A model generated the notes under the pieces. The model did not search any database and was not told the DNA's origin. It saw only the letters and a program-made list of their open reading frames with translations. The position numbers were made by a program, and so were the translations under genes. From positions 39,449-103,448 of the forward strand of contig MCFE01000283.1 in the NCBI GenBank assembly GCA_002104905.1: a stretch of 64,000 nt of DNA, written 5' to 3'. Positions 1 through 11,726 of this stretch are shown here, piece after piece. Source of the DNA: Basidiobolus meristosporus CBS 931.73 (taxonomy: Eukaryota > Fungi > Basidiobolomycota). The stretch's first letter is position 1. Each line of letters opens with the position of its first letter.

Positions 1-255
1 TTCTCTTTGTCACTAGCTTGTTTCTACACCACTCCATACAGAATTTACACAAGCAAGAAACAGAGTACACCAATAAGGGGGACTAAGTTCCAGCAGGGAA
101 AAGAAATATATTGATTAAATAACAGGAAGTTCTTTGCAGATATTCAGGAGGCATTCATGGCAAAAGCAGTTGCAGCCAAGCATATGCTTGCAAGATGTTT
201 ATGTTACCATCAATACAAGGGATATGGCAACTTTGCAAGTATTACACTAAAAGCT
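1..255 (+). mobile_element. Fragment of CACTA-like transposon relic, inverted copy of ~7280-7535
   Basis: By eye, 1-255 aligns to the reverse complement of ~7280-7535 (ttctacacca...gatattcaggagg...tgcaagta...acactaaa). Almost no CpG. Confidence 0.55.
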
Positions 256-1193
256 GAAAATCTGAGGTGATAAAAGTATGTCAGTTATAGCATGAGTCTC
301 TGTGTGTAGAGGTTAGTAAGCAGGAGGCTATGGTTTTTTTTGTTTCAAACTATATGTGGAATACCTAAGGTAGTAATGGGTTAGCAAATACAGGGGGGTG
401 AATCCACAGTGGTAATATGAATGGTGCAAGGAGAGGTAGAAAAGAAAATACCATTTGGTAAATAGATATGATAGCATTATACAGAACTTGCTTTAGGATG
501 CCATTCTGCCACACCATTGCTAGCAGAGGTTGCAATGAAGCCATCAGATCACCTTCAGGTCTCTTGCCATCTATAGCAATGGGATGTATTGGCCAGTTGG
601 GTCCATTCAAATAAATGTGGGGCACATAAGGAGCATTAGAATGCCATGCAAATCTTGTCAAAAGACTGCTTATGCACCATCAAGTTTCTAACTTTATTTG
701 GCAGTAAAATCAGCAAAAGGCTGTCACAATCCAATCACAAGATTGTGAGGAGGGTCAATAATTTATAGCTGCCAGCATTATGATGGACTGATTGCAGGAA
801 CCTGATGGCTGACATTGAGTAGAAACATACATGTGACCAAGTTATTTCTCAAATGGGTGGGGATAGTAATAATGAGTGAGATATGGAATAATTAGACTTG
901 TTCCATTGGATAGTGCCACATAGTGCCAGCCTGTTTATAGTGCCGGATTGATCTGGCACTCTACAGCACTATCTGGCACTATAATTTCTACCATGATGCC
1001 AGTGGTATGATACAGCTACTGGTAATTTTACTCAATCTTACTTATGTTGCTCAGAATAGTGTTTTCCTTGCTTTATTTACTCATCATAATGCTCCAGACA
1101 CATTTCTTGCAGTGGATGTCTTCTTGTATGAACATACTGTGCATTAATAAGTATCTTAACTATTTTACCTATTCTGCTGTTTGCACCTATATA

Positions 1194-2003
1194 TTACTTT
1201 CCTCTGTATCTACCTGCCAATATGCTGAATCTCTTCAAATATCCAAATGTGTGCTCTACCCTTACTCTCAAATGATAAAATATCTCATTGTAGAGCTTCT
1301 GCTTCCTGCTAAGCACACCATTCCTTGGCTTCCTATAAGCTGTAATACATCCTAATCTCTGACAATCCTCTCCTATATAGGCTAAGTCTGCCATACATTT
1401 CTCCCCTCTACTGAATTCAGGATGATTCTCTACCCAGAGTGCTTTGTCATGCCTACTTGCAGCAAATGGCCCACTAAACCAGATGATGTTACCCTCAATG
1501 TTAGACAGTGCTTGAAACTTCACATGGTGTGCCTTGTACTTGCCAGAATAAAAGTGCCTCTGCCCTCTAGAAGGTCTGTTAATCCTCACCAGGAAGGTAT
1601 CCAAAATACTCCTGATATGGAACCTGTTGCTGAACACTCTGGGATATGGAAGTCTATTGGAGCTTCTGAACCTAGTATTCCAAGCTTGCTCTAAGTCATT
1701 CATACCCTCTGCAAGGTGGTTCTCCATTGCTGTCAGCTGGGAATGAAAGCTTCTAGGACTTTTGTTGCCATGGATGGTGGGATGAAACCTTGTAGGGCAA
1801 TAGTTCTTGTAATAGCAGAAAAGCTTAACAAGGGATCTCCTTGAGTAGATTGGGATTGATGGTCCACAGTACTTGGTATAGATCTCCTCCAGTGTGTCAA
1901 AAGGAAATCCAGTGGTAGTAATGGGATTGATGAGAAAAGACCATTCAGATGAGTAAGTCATATTAAAATTGATGGATGATTGTATGGAGGCGGTTTGAAT
2001 CAA
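1194..2003 (-). CDS. DDE transposase, DDE_Tnp_4/IS5-PIF-Harbinger type; probable frameshift near the 3' end
   Basis: Motifs ILDTFLVRINRP, FYSGKYKAHHVK, ASRHD, ADLAYIG, QKLYN...RVRVEHTFGYLKRFSIL retain the D-D-E triad. First ATG at 1961. A plausible C-terminus (IGANSRIGKIVKILINAQ...) continues in another frame to 1084. Confidence 0.85.
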   Translation of the reverse strand: MIQTASIQSSINFNMTYSSEWSFLINPITTTGFPFDTLEEIYTKYCGPSIPIYSRRSLVKLFCYYKNYCPTRFHPTIHGNKSPRSFHSQLTAMENHLAEGMNDLEQAWNTRFRSSNRLPYPRVFSNRFHIRSILDTFLVRINRPSRGQRHFYSGKYKAHHVKFQALSNIEGNIIWFSGPFAASRHDKALWVENHPEFSRGEKCMADLAYIGEDCQRLGCITAYRKPRNGVLSRKQKLYNEIFYHLRVRVEHTFGYLKRFSILAGRYRGK

Positions 2004-2319
2004 TTTGGTGCAATCTGCGTTATTTATCTGATTTTTAACACATTATGGTTAAATCTCCATCAATTGCCATGTATCCCATCATTATGTCACAAAATCATCT
2101 GCAAACAATGCCTTGGTACTTTTATTGATGCTTTAATCATAGGTCTATAATCAAATAGGAAATCTGCAATTGATGTGATCTGATCCGTGTCAACGCAATC
2201 CGAGATGCATCATGCATAATATATGGAAAATTCAACAATCACTTTAGTTTTCATATATATTTCATATAAGACCAGGTTGATGCCAATATACTGCTGAAGA
2301 GGTATCCAAATCCGTTGCT

Positions 2320-3552
2320 ATGGTCCCCATACCAAGCCTCAACTCATCTTTAGTACAACCCAGACAAAACCCATCCCCCAGCTCACAAGCGCAGTCCGGA
2401 CCGGCAAAGTTGATGTTGGATCCGTTCAAGTTCTTGCCAAATGATTTTAGTATGGCCCAAGTGTCTATGATGAGCCTTCATACAGATATTTGGGCACTAC
2501 TGATTAATCTAGCAGAACTAGATACCTCAGAGAGTCAACAAAGATGGAAGAATTTGAGTAGAAAGCTGTGGCATGAGTTCTACATCAAGATGCCAGCCAA
2601 TGTATGTAAAAAGATATATAACAAGACAAGTATTGAAATCAAGAATGAGCTGAGAGTGAGGGGATTTGACAAAGAAGCCGCGTGGGAGCGTTTTTGCGCG
2701 CAATTTGCACAGTACAGGCCGGACACGTCCGTTCGTGCCTCAATTTTGGGAACCAAAGAGATTTTGAATGAGTTTTTGCCTCAAATGACTAATGTACTAC
2801 GTGATATATTAGTAGAGCTAAGTGGCTTCTGAGAGCAATATACACAGGACTCATCCAGGCAACAGCTCCAAAGTATCAGACAGAGGGTAAGTGAATACCT
2901 TGAGGAATCAGATGGTGAGCTTCAGGAGGAAGAATACAGACCGCAAGCAACATCGTCCAGATTGCGCCAGCACGCCTTGCTGCATTCCCTACCATCTCTT
3001 GCAACCACAGCATGCTGGCGCACATCAGTCCAGAGTACGCCAACACCCTTTACCAGAACGCCCCGCGTTGAGTCAACGCGCGCGCTTCAGAGCAAAACTA
3101 CGAGAACTTGCCAAACTGCTCATTTAGACACAAGTCCATTGGAGCGGACCAAGTTGCGTCAACATGCTGCATCACATCAAACTCAGCCAAGGGCCATCTC
3201 AACGCGTCAAGGCGCACCTGCGCGTGCCGTCTTGCCTGACCATCAGTGAGTTACTTCTGGTGAACTGACTGATGATGACCAACATGAAGTGCCTCAACCA
3301 CCGGAGCCCTTGGCAAGTAAAAGAACGTGTCCGTGCGTGGCACTACAGGCCGGTTCAGTTGGTTCAGTCGGAGCAATTCAGCGCGGCCAAGCTGCAGCAT
3401 TGCACTCATCAACTAGGAGGCAAAATACTGACTACAAATACACAAGTAGCCAAGATGATAGTCAGCGAGGAAGTAGTATAGGTGTGCAAAGTGAGTCACT
3501 ACCAATTGCTTTGGTAGTAATCCCTGTGAGAAAAAAACCCAGCAGAATATGA
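2320..3552 (+). pseudogene. PHIS ORF2 (putative Myb/SANT-trihelix-like partner protein), interrupted by TGA at 2830-2832
   Basis: Near-identical to 9722-10984. The codon at 2830 is TGA here and CAA in copy 2. QQRWKNLSRKLW resembles the trihelix/MADF third helix (weak). Confidence 0.75.
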
Positions 3553-5313
3553 TGCAATTGCTTTGAATCGCTCACATTTGTAATGATCCCAACAACTCTT
3601 TTTTTTTGTAATCCAAATTGAGCCATTGCAAATCAGTCATCATCAAATTTTTGATAAAAGTGATATCAAGGTTGTCTCACATTTGAGACAGAACCCTTAT
3701 AAATAAACACTCTGCATATATATACATCATCTGTACTACCAGTGTGGCTATTGGATCTGTTCTGCACCTACACAATTGCTTGCGTGCTAGCTATGACACC
3801 TTGTCCAATCACTAGGATCAGGGATTTATTTGCTCAATGGGCAAAATGGGATATTTGATGGCAAATCAGGTAGCTTTCTCAGTAGTCAATGAGCCAATTG
3901 GGGGCTGCCAGCTTCAGGATACTTTTGGACCAATTAACCACTGAGATACCGTCCAATTGGAGTGAGGGTAACCAAAATAGTAAGTATCAGTGTAGTTTAT
4001 AGTGTGATACACATTTATATCCATTTACATTAAAGAAACATATCCAAATACCGGATTTTACCTGCCATTATAGCGGTATCCAATTGCGCACGTGATGCAA
4101 ACATTACAAGTTGGCGCAATCATCCGTGCCAACCTCATTGTGTCAGATTGTGCCATAGTGTGCAAGATCGTCCCGCATGGTGCAAAATTGTCCAAGAACA
4201 ATCCTGCCTTCTGGTAGCCATAATATCGCGCCCAATTGTTCTTTGCAACCGCGGATCACGCCACGCGCCCTGGCACGGTACAATGGAACAAGTCTAATAC
4301 CTTGGATCTCATGTATTCAACAGCTCTACTGCCCATTGCGGCCAGAAGAGCCAGCTATCTTGCTGATTGCTGGGATATCTCCCATGCAGATATTAATATG
4401 TGCTTTGACATTACAGTCATTTACTAATATCCTGCCAGATAGCATAAAAATTCTTCCAGCAATAGGTTTGTGTAGCCATCCAGGTTGCACAGTGATTTAT
4501 GCCCAGATAACAGCAAGACTACCATGAGATTTCTGCTCTAATACTGTAAAATTGGCAGCAGACTCAGGTTAATGTGAGTCAGCAGCCAACAGGATTTGCT
4601 GCTTGAGTACTTTTCAGTGAGTGTCCATCAAGTGCAAAGGCAAAGGTATGGTCAAGTATACCTTCAAAGTTGACCTTGCTTCTTAGTTGTCTGTAATGTT
4701 TGCCATCAAATACATTGGAGATGTTGGTGCTTGATTGTTGCTGAGTGCAGTACTTCATGGCTGCTCCATATTTAATGGACTGCATCAGCTTCTTTAGATA
4801 GGGTATTACCGGAATATATCTGGAGTGTGGAGAATGTCTTCCTATTGTGATGGTGGATACCTGATATTTGCCATTTGGCTTGACTTACTTATATATATAT
4901 ATACCAAAGCAAAGTTGTCTGGTTCCCAACTAAATTGGACTGCTGATAGCAGCAGAAGTGCAGTTGAACAACAGCTTACTCTGATATTTAGTGCAACAAG
5001 TGGTGCTACATCCAAAAAGTCCATGTAGACAGTGTACTCACAGAGGGTAATAATGCAAACTGTTCAGGTTCTATGTCATATTGGCAACTGGGCATCTGTG
5101 CAGAGCCACAAGCTGATCATAATGCTCATGGAGGTGAGAGTGTAGCAAATGCAGTACCTCCAGTAGATGACCAGCAAATGGTTGTCACAACAATACCACC
5201 ACTAGTACTAGCAAGTATGTTGTTAGCTTATACCAAAGCTTTAACAAGGCAGCTATGTGCAGTGGCCAACAGGATTGATACAATGACCCAGATAAATCAG
5301 GATATAGGCCAGA

Positions 5314-6002
5314 TGTTGTATCCAAGAGAAAAGTGTAATAAAGCTCTTGAATGAGATAACTGAACCTAAGTGACAACTAAGCACAGAATCTTGGAATTGT
5401 CAAGGGTGACAGAAATATTAGAAGAGAAGTTCTGGTATAATATTGGTTTTGTACGTGGTAGAGTTGAGCTATAAATGCAACAGAGTTGGTTTGCTATACA
5501 GGCTAGGCTTGGGGTTCTTGGGAATGCCAGATATGCTAGGCTTGGGTGAAAACTAGAACAGAATTGCTGCATTCTTAACTTTGCTGAGGCACAATCTTAA
5601 TTTTTTGAGACACACACTGAACCAAAAGTTTCAGTAATCTTTATTTATATTTTTCTGATCAAGTTGAATTAGTCAGTGCCAAGAGACTGGACTAATTGAA
5701 ATCTGTTGGGGTATTGATAGGTGCATAAGATAAATGAAAAATTGCATCATTAATCAGCTGATATCTTGGCAACTACTAAGTGGTTGGTTAGATCTCAGAT
5801 GACTAATCCTTTAGAAAGGCCAGTTGAGGATGTAATGACCACATGAAAATTAATCAGGTGTGACAGCTAAAAATAGCCTCTGAGAAGTGATAAAATAATC
5901 CATAACAGGGATAGGTTATGTTTGGGTTAGGGAAAATCAGTTAGGGTACTAGATTTTCTAATGGAGGGAAATTGGCTAAGCTTCAAATGTTGATGCACAT
6001 CA
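5314..6002. mobile_element. Solo LTR (689 bp), family shared with 48636-49333
   Basis: Starts TGTTG and ends CATCA. 5-bp TSD CCAGA at 5309-5313 and 6003-6007. Removing it restores collinearity with ~13200-13290. Confidence 0.85.
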
Positions 6003-7604
6003 CCAGAGACAGGAAGAGTAGATATATATGTAGAGCAATCATTATCCCAGGTAGAGAATGCAGTATGTAGGTTGCAACAAAAGAGCACAAGTAGCATGAT
6101 GTTCAACCAAGAAACAAATCATTTCCCAATGTAAATGCAGAGGCATGCTAAACAGTATTTGAAGTACCACAATAGTGCCTAAAGATAAAGATGATAGAGA
6201 CGCTTAATAGAGCACAGGAGCAAGAGAATGCAATATTTGTAGCCAAGCCTACAAATACATTGACATCAAGGATCTGTAAAGCTGCTGAGTGCAATGATGA
6301 AGGGTGTGCTAATAATCAAGGGCCTACTAGAAGTCTAGAATGCCATCACCTTAATACCAGCATGCCATGGGGCCATCAGGAACTCAAGGCTAAGTACAAT
6401 GCAAGCAATCTGCTCCATGAGCATTTACCTGGACTCAAGCTAGCCAGCAGACTTTAGGCTAGCATTGGTATGTCAAGAAAGTATTGCATAAATAGTAGTA
6501 ACTGTCACAGGCTGAAGAACAAGGGTACCACAGCTAAAAAATAATAGCATCCTCCTAAACTCATCATAGGCAGGGCTGAGAACTCCAAATAAGGTGCAAA
6601 AAAGCATCAGCCACCAGAAGAGTACCTGTAAGGGGCAGGCAGGCAGGGAATAGAAGCATCAGTGCAACAGTTACCCTATGAATAATAACTTGGCCCCATG
6701 GGTAGACCCAATCTAGATCAGCCATCAGAATCCTGCTTGGAGACTGTCAAAATACCAGCAGCCTGGAATTAGTGACCCTCTTAACAATTTTGTGACAGAA
6801 TCTTAATGGTGTTTTACTAAATTTACTGCCAAATAAAGTAAAAAACCTGACAGAGTTTAATCAGTGCTATAGCAATATTTGCATGGCATTTTTGCGGTCT
6901 TAATGTGTTCTTCAACTATTTTGAACGGATCTAACCAGCCAGTACATCTAGTTGCCTTATATGACAAAAAACTGGATGGTGTTTTGAGGGCCTCATTGCA
7001 AGTCTTTGATGGCATCATCATGGTAGTATAGCAGCCTACAGGTAGTTCTGTACAATGCTGCCATGCCAATTTACTAATTGGTATTTTCTTTTTCTGCCTC
7101 CCCTTGCACAAATCATATATTCCACTGTATAATCACCCCTCTATGTTTGCTTACCCACTACTACCTTAGGTATTCCACATGTAGTTCAAATCAAAAAAAC
7201 TATGGCCTCCTGCTTACCAACCTCTCCAAATGCATACACCTGCCGCAATTGACATACTTCTTTCACCTCACTTTTATGGCTTTTTAGTGTGATACTTGCA
7301 AGGTTGCCATACACTTTTTACTGTGGATAAAATATCTTCTTGCAAACATGTGCTTGATTGCCACCACATCTACCATGTATACCTCCTGAATATCCTCAAT
7401 GAACTTTTTGGTATTTAGCCAATGTATTCCTTCTCCCTGCTGGATTCTAGTCCTCTGATTGGTGTGCTCAGGCTTTTGTTTGTGTGAATTCTGTTTTGAA
7501 TGGTGTAGAAGTTGGCTTGTGATCAAGAGAAACCAGGCATACTTTGGTAGAGCTTTCCTAATCAAAATTAGTTGCTTGTTGCACCCTTCCCAACTTTGCA
7601 TCAC

Positions 7605-8132
7605 TTAACTGATTACCCAGACATTGGGGTTGCATAGCTTCCAAATTCCATAGGCATTGGTGTCTCTATGTGCACATCTGTCCTCAGTACTTCTCAGCTC
7701 TTCCTGGCTGTCCTCCATATACCAACTAATCATATCCATCGCAGACTTGAAGGTAATATTCTTGATGAGATTAGGATATGGTAGTGTCTGCAACCTGACT
7801 TGTCCTTTTATCTCCCTACACATCCACTCCATAGGAAACTCCCAAAAGGTGAAGCAAGGCCCAAAATTCTCCACACACCAAGCAAGAAGGAATAGAGACT
7901 GGATACAGTAGCAGCAGAAATCTACAAGTTCAGCTTTATGGTTATAGTATTGCTGCCCAAATCCTGTGACAAACTCCTTGTACAACTGCTGTAGATGTCT
8001 CAAGTTGGCATTGGTTTTCTGCTTCTGGATAAATATTCCTACAATGTCCACATATGACTCCCAATGCTTTGAGTGTACCCCTGGTAGGAATGGCTTCAGA
8101 AGGCTACTTGCATAAATACATATCCAGTTCAT
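7605..8132 (-). pseudogene. CACTA/tnp2-like transposase fragment
   Basis: HWESYVD...ENFGPCFTFWEFPMEWMCREIKGQVRLQTLPYPNL matches the GP..xxW.FPMER.CG.I...V.S...PY.NL pattern of CACTA-type transposases. Confidence 0.75.
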
Positions 8133-8986
8133 CCAGTCTTTGCATTTTTATTGTAGCATATGCATATTAATATTGATTGGAGCCCATGAGAAGTACTTAG
8201 GGTAGCAGATATTTTGCAATATCTTGCCAATTCTTTCAAAGATCTCTGGTATCTTGAAGGGCTCACTTGCTTGAAATGCCACATGTAAAGCTTAGTCATC
8301 AGTATATGGAGAATGTTGAAAAGTAAATGCATTGCTCCCAGTGGAAAGCTATTGCTCCAAGAGATACCCTCTATACTAGGTATCTCTGGTTTCCAATTGA
8401 TTCCATATTCTGGCTGATAGCCTATAGCTTGCCAACTTTACTGCAATTGCAAGCTGACTTCTGTACATTCTCTCTGTGGGAAGATGATGTTTTAGTGCTG
8501 GTATTTGGGTAATAATAATGTATGTGAGTTATCAAATAAATCCCTGGATCTCACACATTTGACATCAATACTGTCCATTGTGCCCAGAAAAGCCAGCTAT
8601 CTTGCTGATGGCTGGATTATCTCCATTGCAGATAGCAATAAGCACTCTGACATGATGGCCATTTACTGTTATTTTGCTGGAATGCATACTAAATTCATCC
8701 AACAATGGATACAGGTAGCTATCCCGGTTGGACAGTAATCTAGGCCCAGATACCAGTCAGACTACCATTAGATCCTGGCTCTGATACTGTAAGATAGTTG
8801 GCAGATTCAGGTGGATGAGAATCAGTGGCCAGCAATATTCAATGGTAGAGTACTTGTTTAATGAGAATCCATCAAGTGCTAAAGCAAAGGCATGGTTGTA
8901 AATACCTTCATAGTAGCCCTTGCTTCTTAGCTGTTTGTAATGTCTGCCATCAAATATATCTGATATGTTTGCGCTTCATTGATACT

Positions 8987-11726
8987 AGACTTGTTCTGTT
9001 GGATAGTGCCACATAGTGCCAGCCGGTTTATGGTGCCAGATTGATCTGGCACTCTACGGCACTATCTGGCACTATAATTTCTACCATGATGCCAGTGGTA
9101 TGATACAGTTACTGGTAATTTTACTCAATCTTACTTATGTTGCTCAGAGTAGTGCTTTCCTTGCTTTATTTACTCTTCATAATGCTCCAGACACATTTCT
9201 CTCAGTGGATGTCTTCTTGTATGAACATACTGTGCATTAATAAGTATCTTAACTATTTTGATGGTCCACAGTACTTGGAATAGATCTCCTCTAGTGTGTC
9301 AAAAGGAAATCCAGTGGTAGTGATGGGATTGATGAGAAAAGACCATTCAGATGAGTAAGTCATATTAAAATTGATGGATGATTGTATGGAGGCGGTTTGA
9401 ATCAATTTGGCGCAATCTGCTTTATTTATCTGATTTTTAATACATTATGGTTAAATCTCCATCAATTGCCATGTATCCCATCATTATGTCACAAAATCAT
9501 CTGCAAACAATGCCTTGGTACTTTTATTGATGCTTTAATCATAGGTCTATAATCAAATAGGAAATCTGCAATTGATGTGATCTGATCCATGTCAACGCAA
9601 TCCAAGATGCATCATGCATAATATATGGAAAATTCAACAATCACATTAGTTTTCATATATATTTCATATAAGACCAGGTTGATGCCAATATACTGCTGTA
9701 TAAGTATCCAAATCCATTGCTATGGTCCCCATACCAAGCCTCAACTCATCTTTAGTACAACCCAGACAAAACCCATCCCCCAGCTCACAAGCACGGTCCG
9801 GACCAGAAAAGTCAATGTTGGATCCGTTTGAGCTCTTGCCAAATGATTTTAGTATAGCCCAGGTGTCTATGATGAGCCTTCATACAGATATTTGGGCACT
9901 ACTGATTAATCTAGCAGAACTAGATACCTCAGAGAGTCAACAAAGATGGAAGAATTTGAGTAGAAAGCTGTGGCATGAGTTCTACATCAAGATGCCAGCC
10001 AATGTATGTAAAAAGATATATAACAAGACAAGTATTGAAATCAAGAATGAGCTGAGAGTGAGGGGAATTGACAAAGTAGCCACGCGGGAGCGATTTTGCG
10101 CGCAATTTGCACAGTACGGGCCGGACGCGTCTGTTTGTGCCTCAACTTTGGGAACCAAAGAGATTTTGAATGAGTTTTTGCCTCAAATGACTAATGTACT
10201 TTGTGATATATTAGTAGAGCTAAGTGGCTTCCAAGAGCAATATACACAGGACTCATCCAAGCAACAGCTCCAAAGTATCAGACAGAGGGTAAGTGAATAC
10301 CTTGAGGAATCAGATGGTGAGCTTCAGGAGGAAGAATACAGACCGCGAGCAACATTGTCCAGATTGCGCCAGCACGCCTTGCTGGATTCCCTACCATCTC
10401 TTGCAACCACAGCACACCAGCGCACGTCAGTCCAGAGTACGCCAACACCCTTTACCAGAACGCCCCGCATCAAGTCAACGCGCATCAAGTCAACATGCGT
10501 TGGGTCAACGCGCGTGCTTCAGAGCAAAACTACAAGAACTTGCCAAACTGCTCATTTAGACACAAGTCCATTGGAGCGGACCAAGTTGCGTCAACATGCG
10601 GCATCACATCAAACTCAGCCAAGGGCCATCTCAACACGTCAAGGCGCACCTGCGCGTGCCGTCTTGCCTGACCATCAGTGAGTTACTTCTGGTGAACTGA
10701 CTGATGATGACCAACATGAAGTGCCTCAACCACCGGAGCCCTTGGCAAGTAAAAGAATGCGTCAGCGCATGGCACTACAGGCTGGTGCAGTTGGTTCAGT
10801 TGGAGCAATTCAGTGCGGCCAAGCTGCAGCATTGCACTCATCAACTAGGAGGCAACATACTGAGTACAAATACACAAGTAGCCAAGATGATAGTCAGCCA
10901 GGAAGTAGTATAGGTGTGCAAAGTGAGTCACTACCAAATGCTTCAGTAGTAATCCCTGTGAGAAAGAAACCCAGGAGAAGATGATGCAATTGCTTTGAAT
11001 TGCTCACATTTGTAATGATCCCAACAACCCTTTTTTTTGCAATCCCAATTGAGCAATTGCAAATCAGTGATCATCAAATTTTTGATATAAGTAATATTAA
11101 GGTCGTCTCACATTTGAGACAGAACCCCTATAAATAAACACCCTGCATATATATATGTCATCTGTAATACCAGTGCAGCTATTGGATCTGTTTTGCACCT
11201 ACACAATTGCTTGTGTCCTAGCTATGACACCTTGTCCAATCACTAGGATCAGGGATTTACTTGCTCAATGGGCAAAATGGGATATTTGATGGCAAATCAG
11301 GTAGCTTTCTCAGTAGTCAATGAGCCAATTGGGGGCTGCCAGCTTCAGGATACTTTTGGACCAATTAACCACTGAGATACCGTCCAATTGGAGTGAGGGT
11401 AACCAAAATAGTAAGTATCAGTGTAGTTTATAGTGTGAGACACATTTACTTCCATTTACATTAAAGTAACATATCCAAATACCGGATTTTACCTGCCATA
11501 ATAGCGGTATCCAATTGCACACGTGATGCAAACATTACAAGTTGGCACAATCATCCATGCCAACCTCATTGTGTCAGATTGTGTCATAGTGTGCAAGATT
11601 GTCCTGCATAGTGCAAAATTGTCTAAGAACAATCCTGCCTTCTGGTAGCTATAATATTGCGCTTGATTGTTCTTTACAACCGCAGATTGCGCCGCGTGCC
11701 CTGGCACGGTACAATAGAACAAGTCT
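8987..11726. mobile_element. PHIS element copy 2, transposase internally deleted (~690 bp)
   Basis: TIRs AGACTTGTTCTGTTG (8987-9001) / CAATAGAACAAGTCT (11712-11726). TSD ACT (8984-8986) / ACT (11727-11729). The junction near 9258 joins copy-1 positions ~1166 and ~1857. Confidence 0.9.
9722..10681 (+). CDS. PHIS ORF2, 319 aa (helical N-terminal half, low-complexity S/T/R/Q C-terminal half)
   Basis: Uninterrupted ORF within the TIR-bounded element. The same frame reopens after TGA and runs to 10984, ending VRKKPRRR. Confidence 0.7.
   Translation: MVPIPSLNSSLVQPRQNPSPSSQARSGPEKSMLDPFELLPNDFSIAQVSMMSLHTDIWALLINLAELDTSESQQRWKNLSRKLWHEFYIKMPANVCKKIYNKTSIEIKNELRVRGIDKVATRERFCAQFAQYGPDASVCASTLGTKEILNEFLPQMTNVLCDILVELSGFQEQYTQDSSKQQLQSIRQRVSEYLEESDGELQEEEYRPRATLSRLRQHALLDSLPSLATTAHQRTSVQSTPTPFTRTPRIKSTRIKSTCVGSTRVLQSKTTRTCQTAHLDTSPLERTKLRQHAASHQTQPRAISTRQGAPARAVLPDHQ

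Larger units (their letters stand above)
894..4295. mobile_element. PIF/Harbinger-like (PHIS superfamily) DNA transposon, copy 1, two divergent ORFs
   Basis: Perfect 15-bp TIRs AGACTTGTTCCATTG (894-908) / CAATGGAACAAGTCT (4281-4295). Flanks ATT (891-893) / AAT (4296-4298); the homologous empty site in relic 2 (~8535) reads AAT. Subterminal GTGCC/GGCAC repeats. Contains a DDE transposase (-) and ORF2 (+). Confidence 0.9.
365..6500 (-). mobile_element. Degenerate CACTA/EnSpm-like (tnp2-type) transposon relic 1, interrupted by PHIS copy 1 and a solo LTR; limits approximate
   Basis: Minus-strand fragment 4579-4785 (VFDGKHYRQL...FAFALDG) resembles the N-terminal part of tnp2-type transposases. 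4300-4790, 4870-5310 and 6005-6500 are collinear with 8540-8980/11730+, 12790-13220 and 13220-13570 of relic 2. Many stops and frameshifts. Confidence 0.55.

Noticed and set aside
891-896. TA dinucleotide TSD (Tc1/mariner-like) for the TIR element
   Set aside because: TA is present at all ends, but AGAC...GTCT termini give matching 3-bp ACT/ACT and AAT/AAT duplications, and the transposase is DDE_Tnp_4 type, not DD34E.
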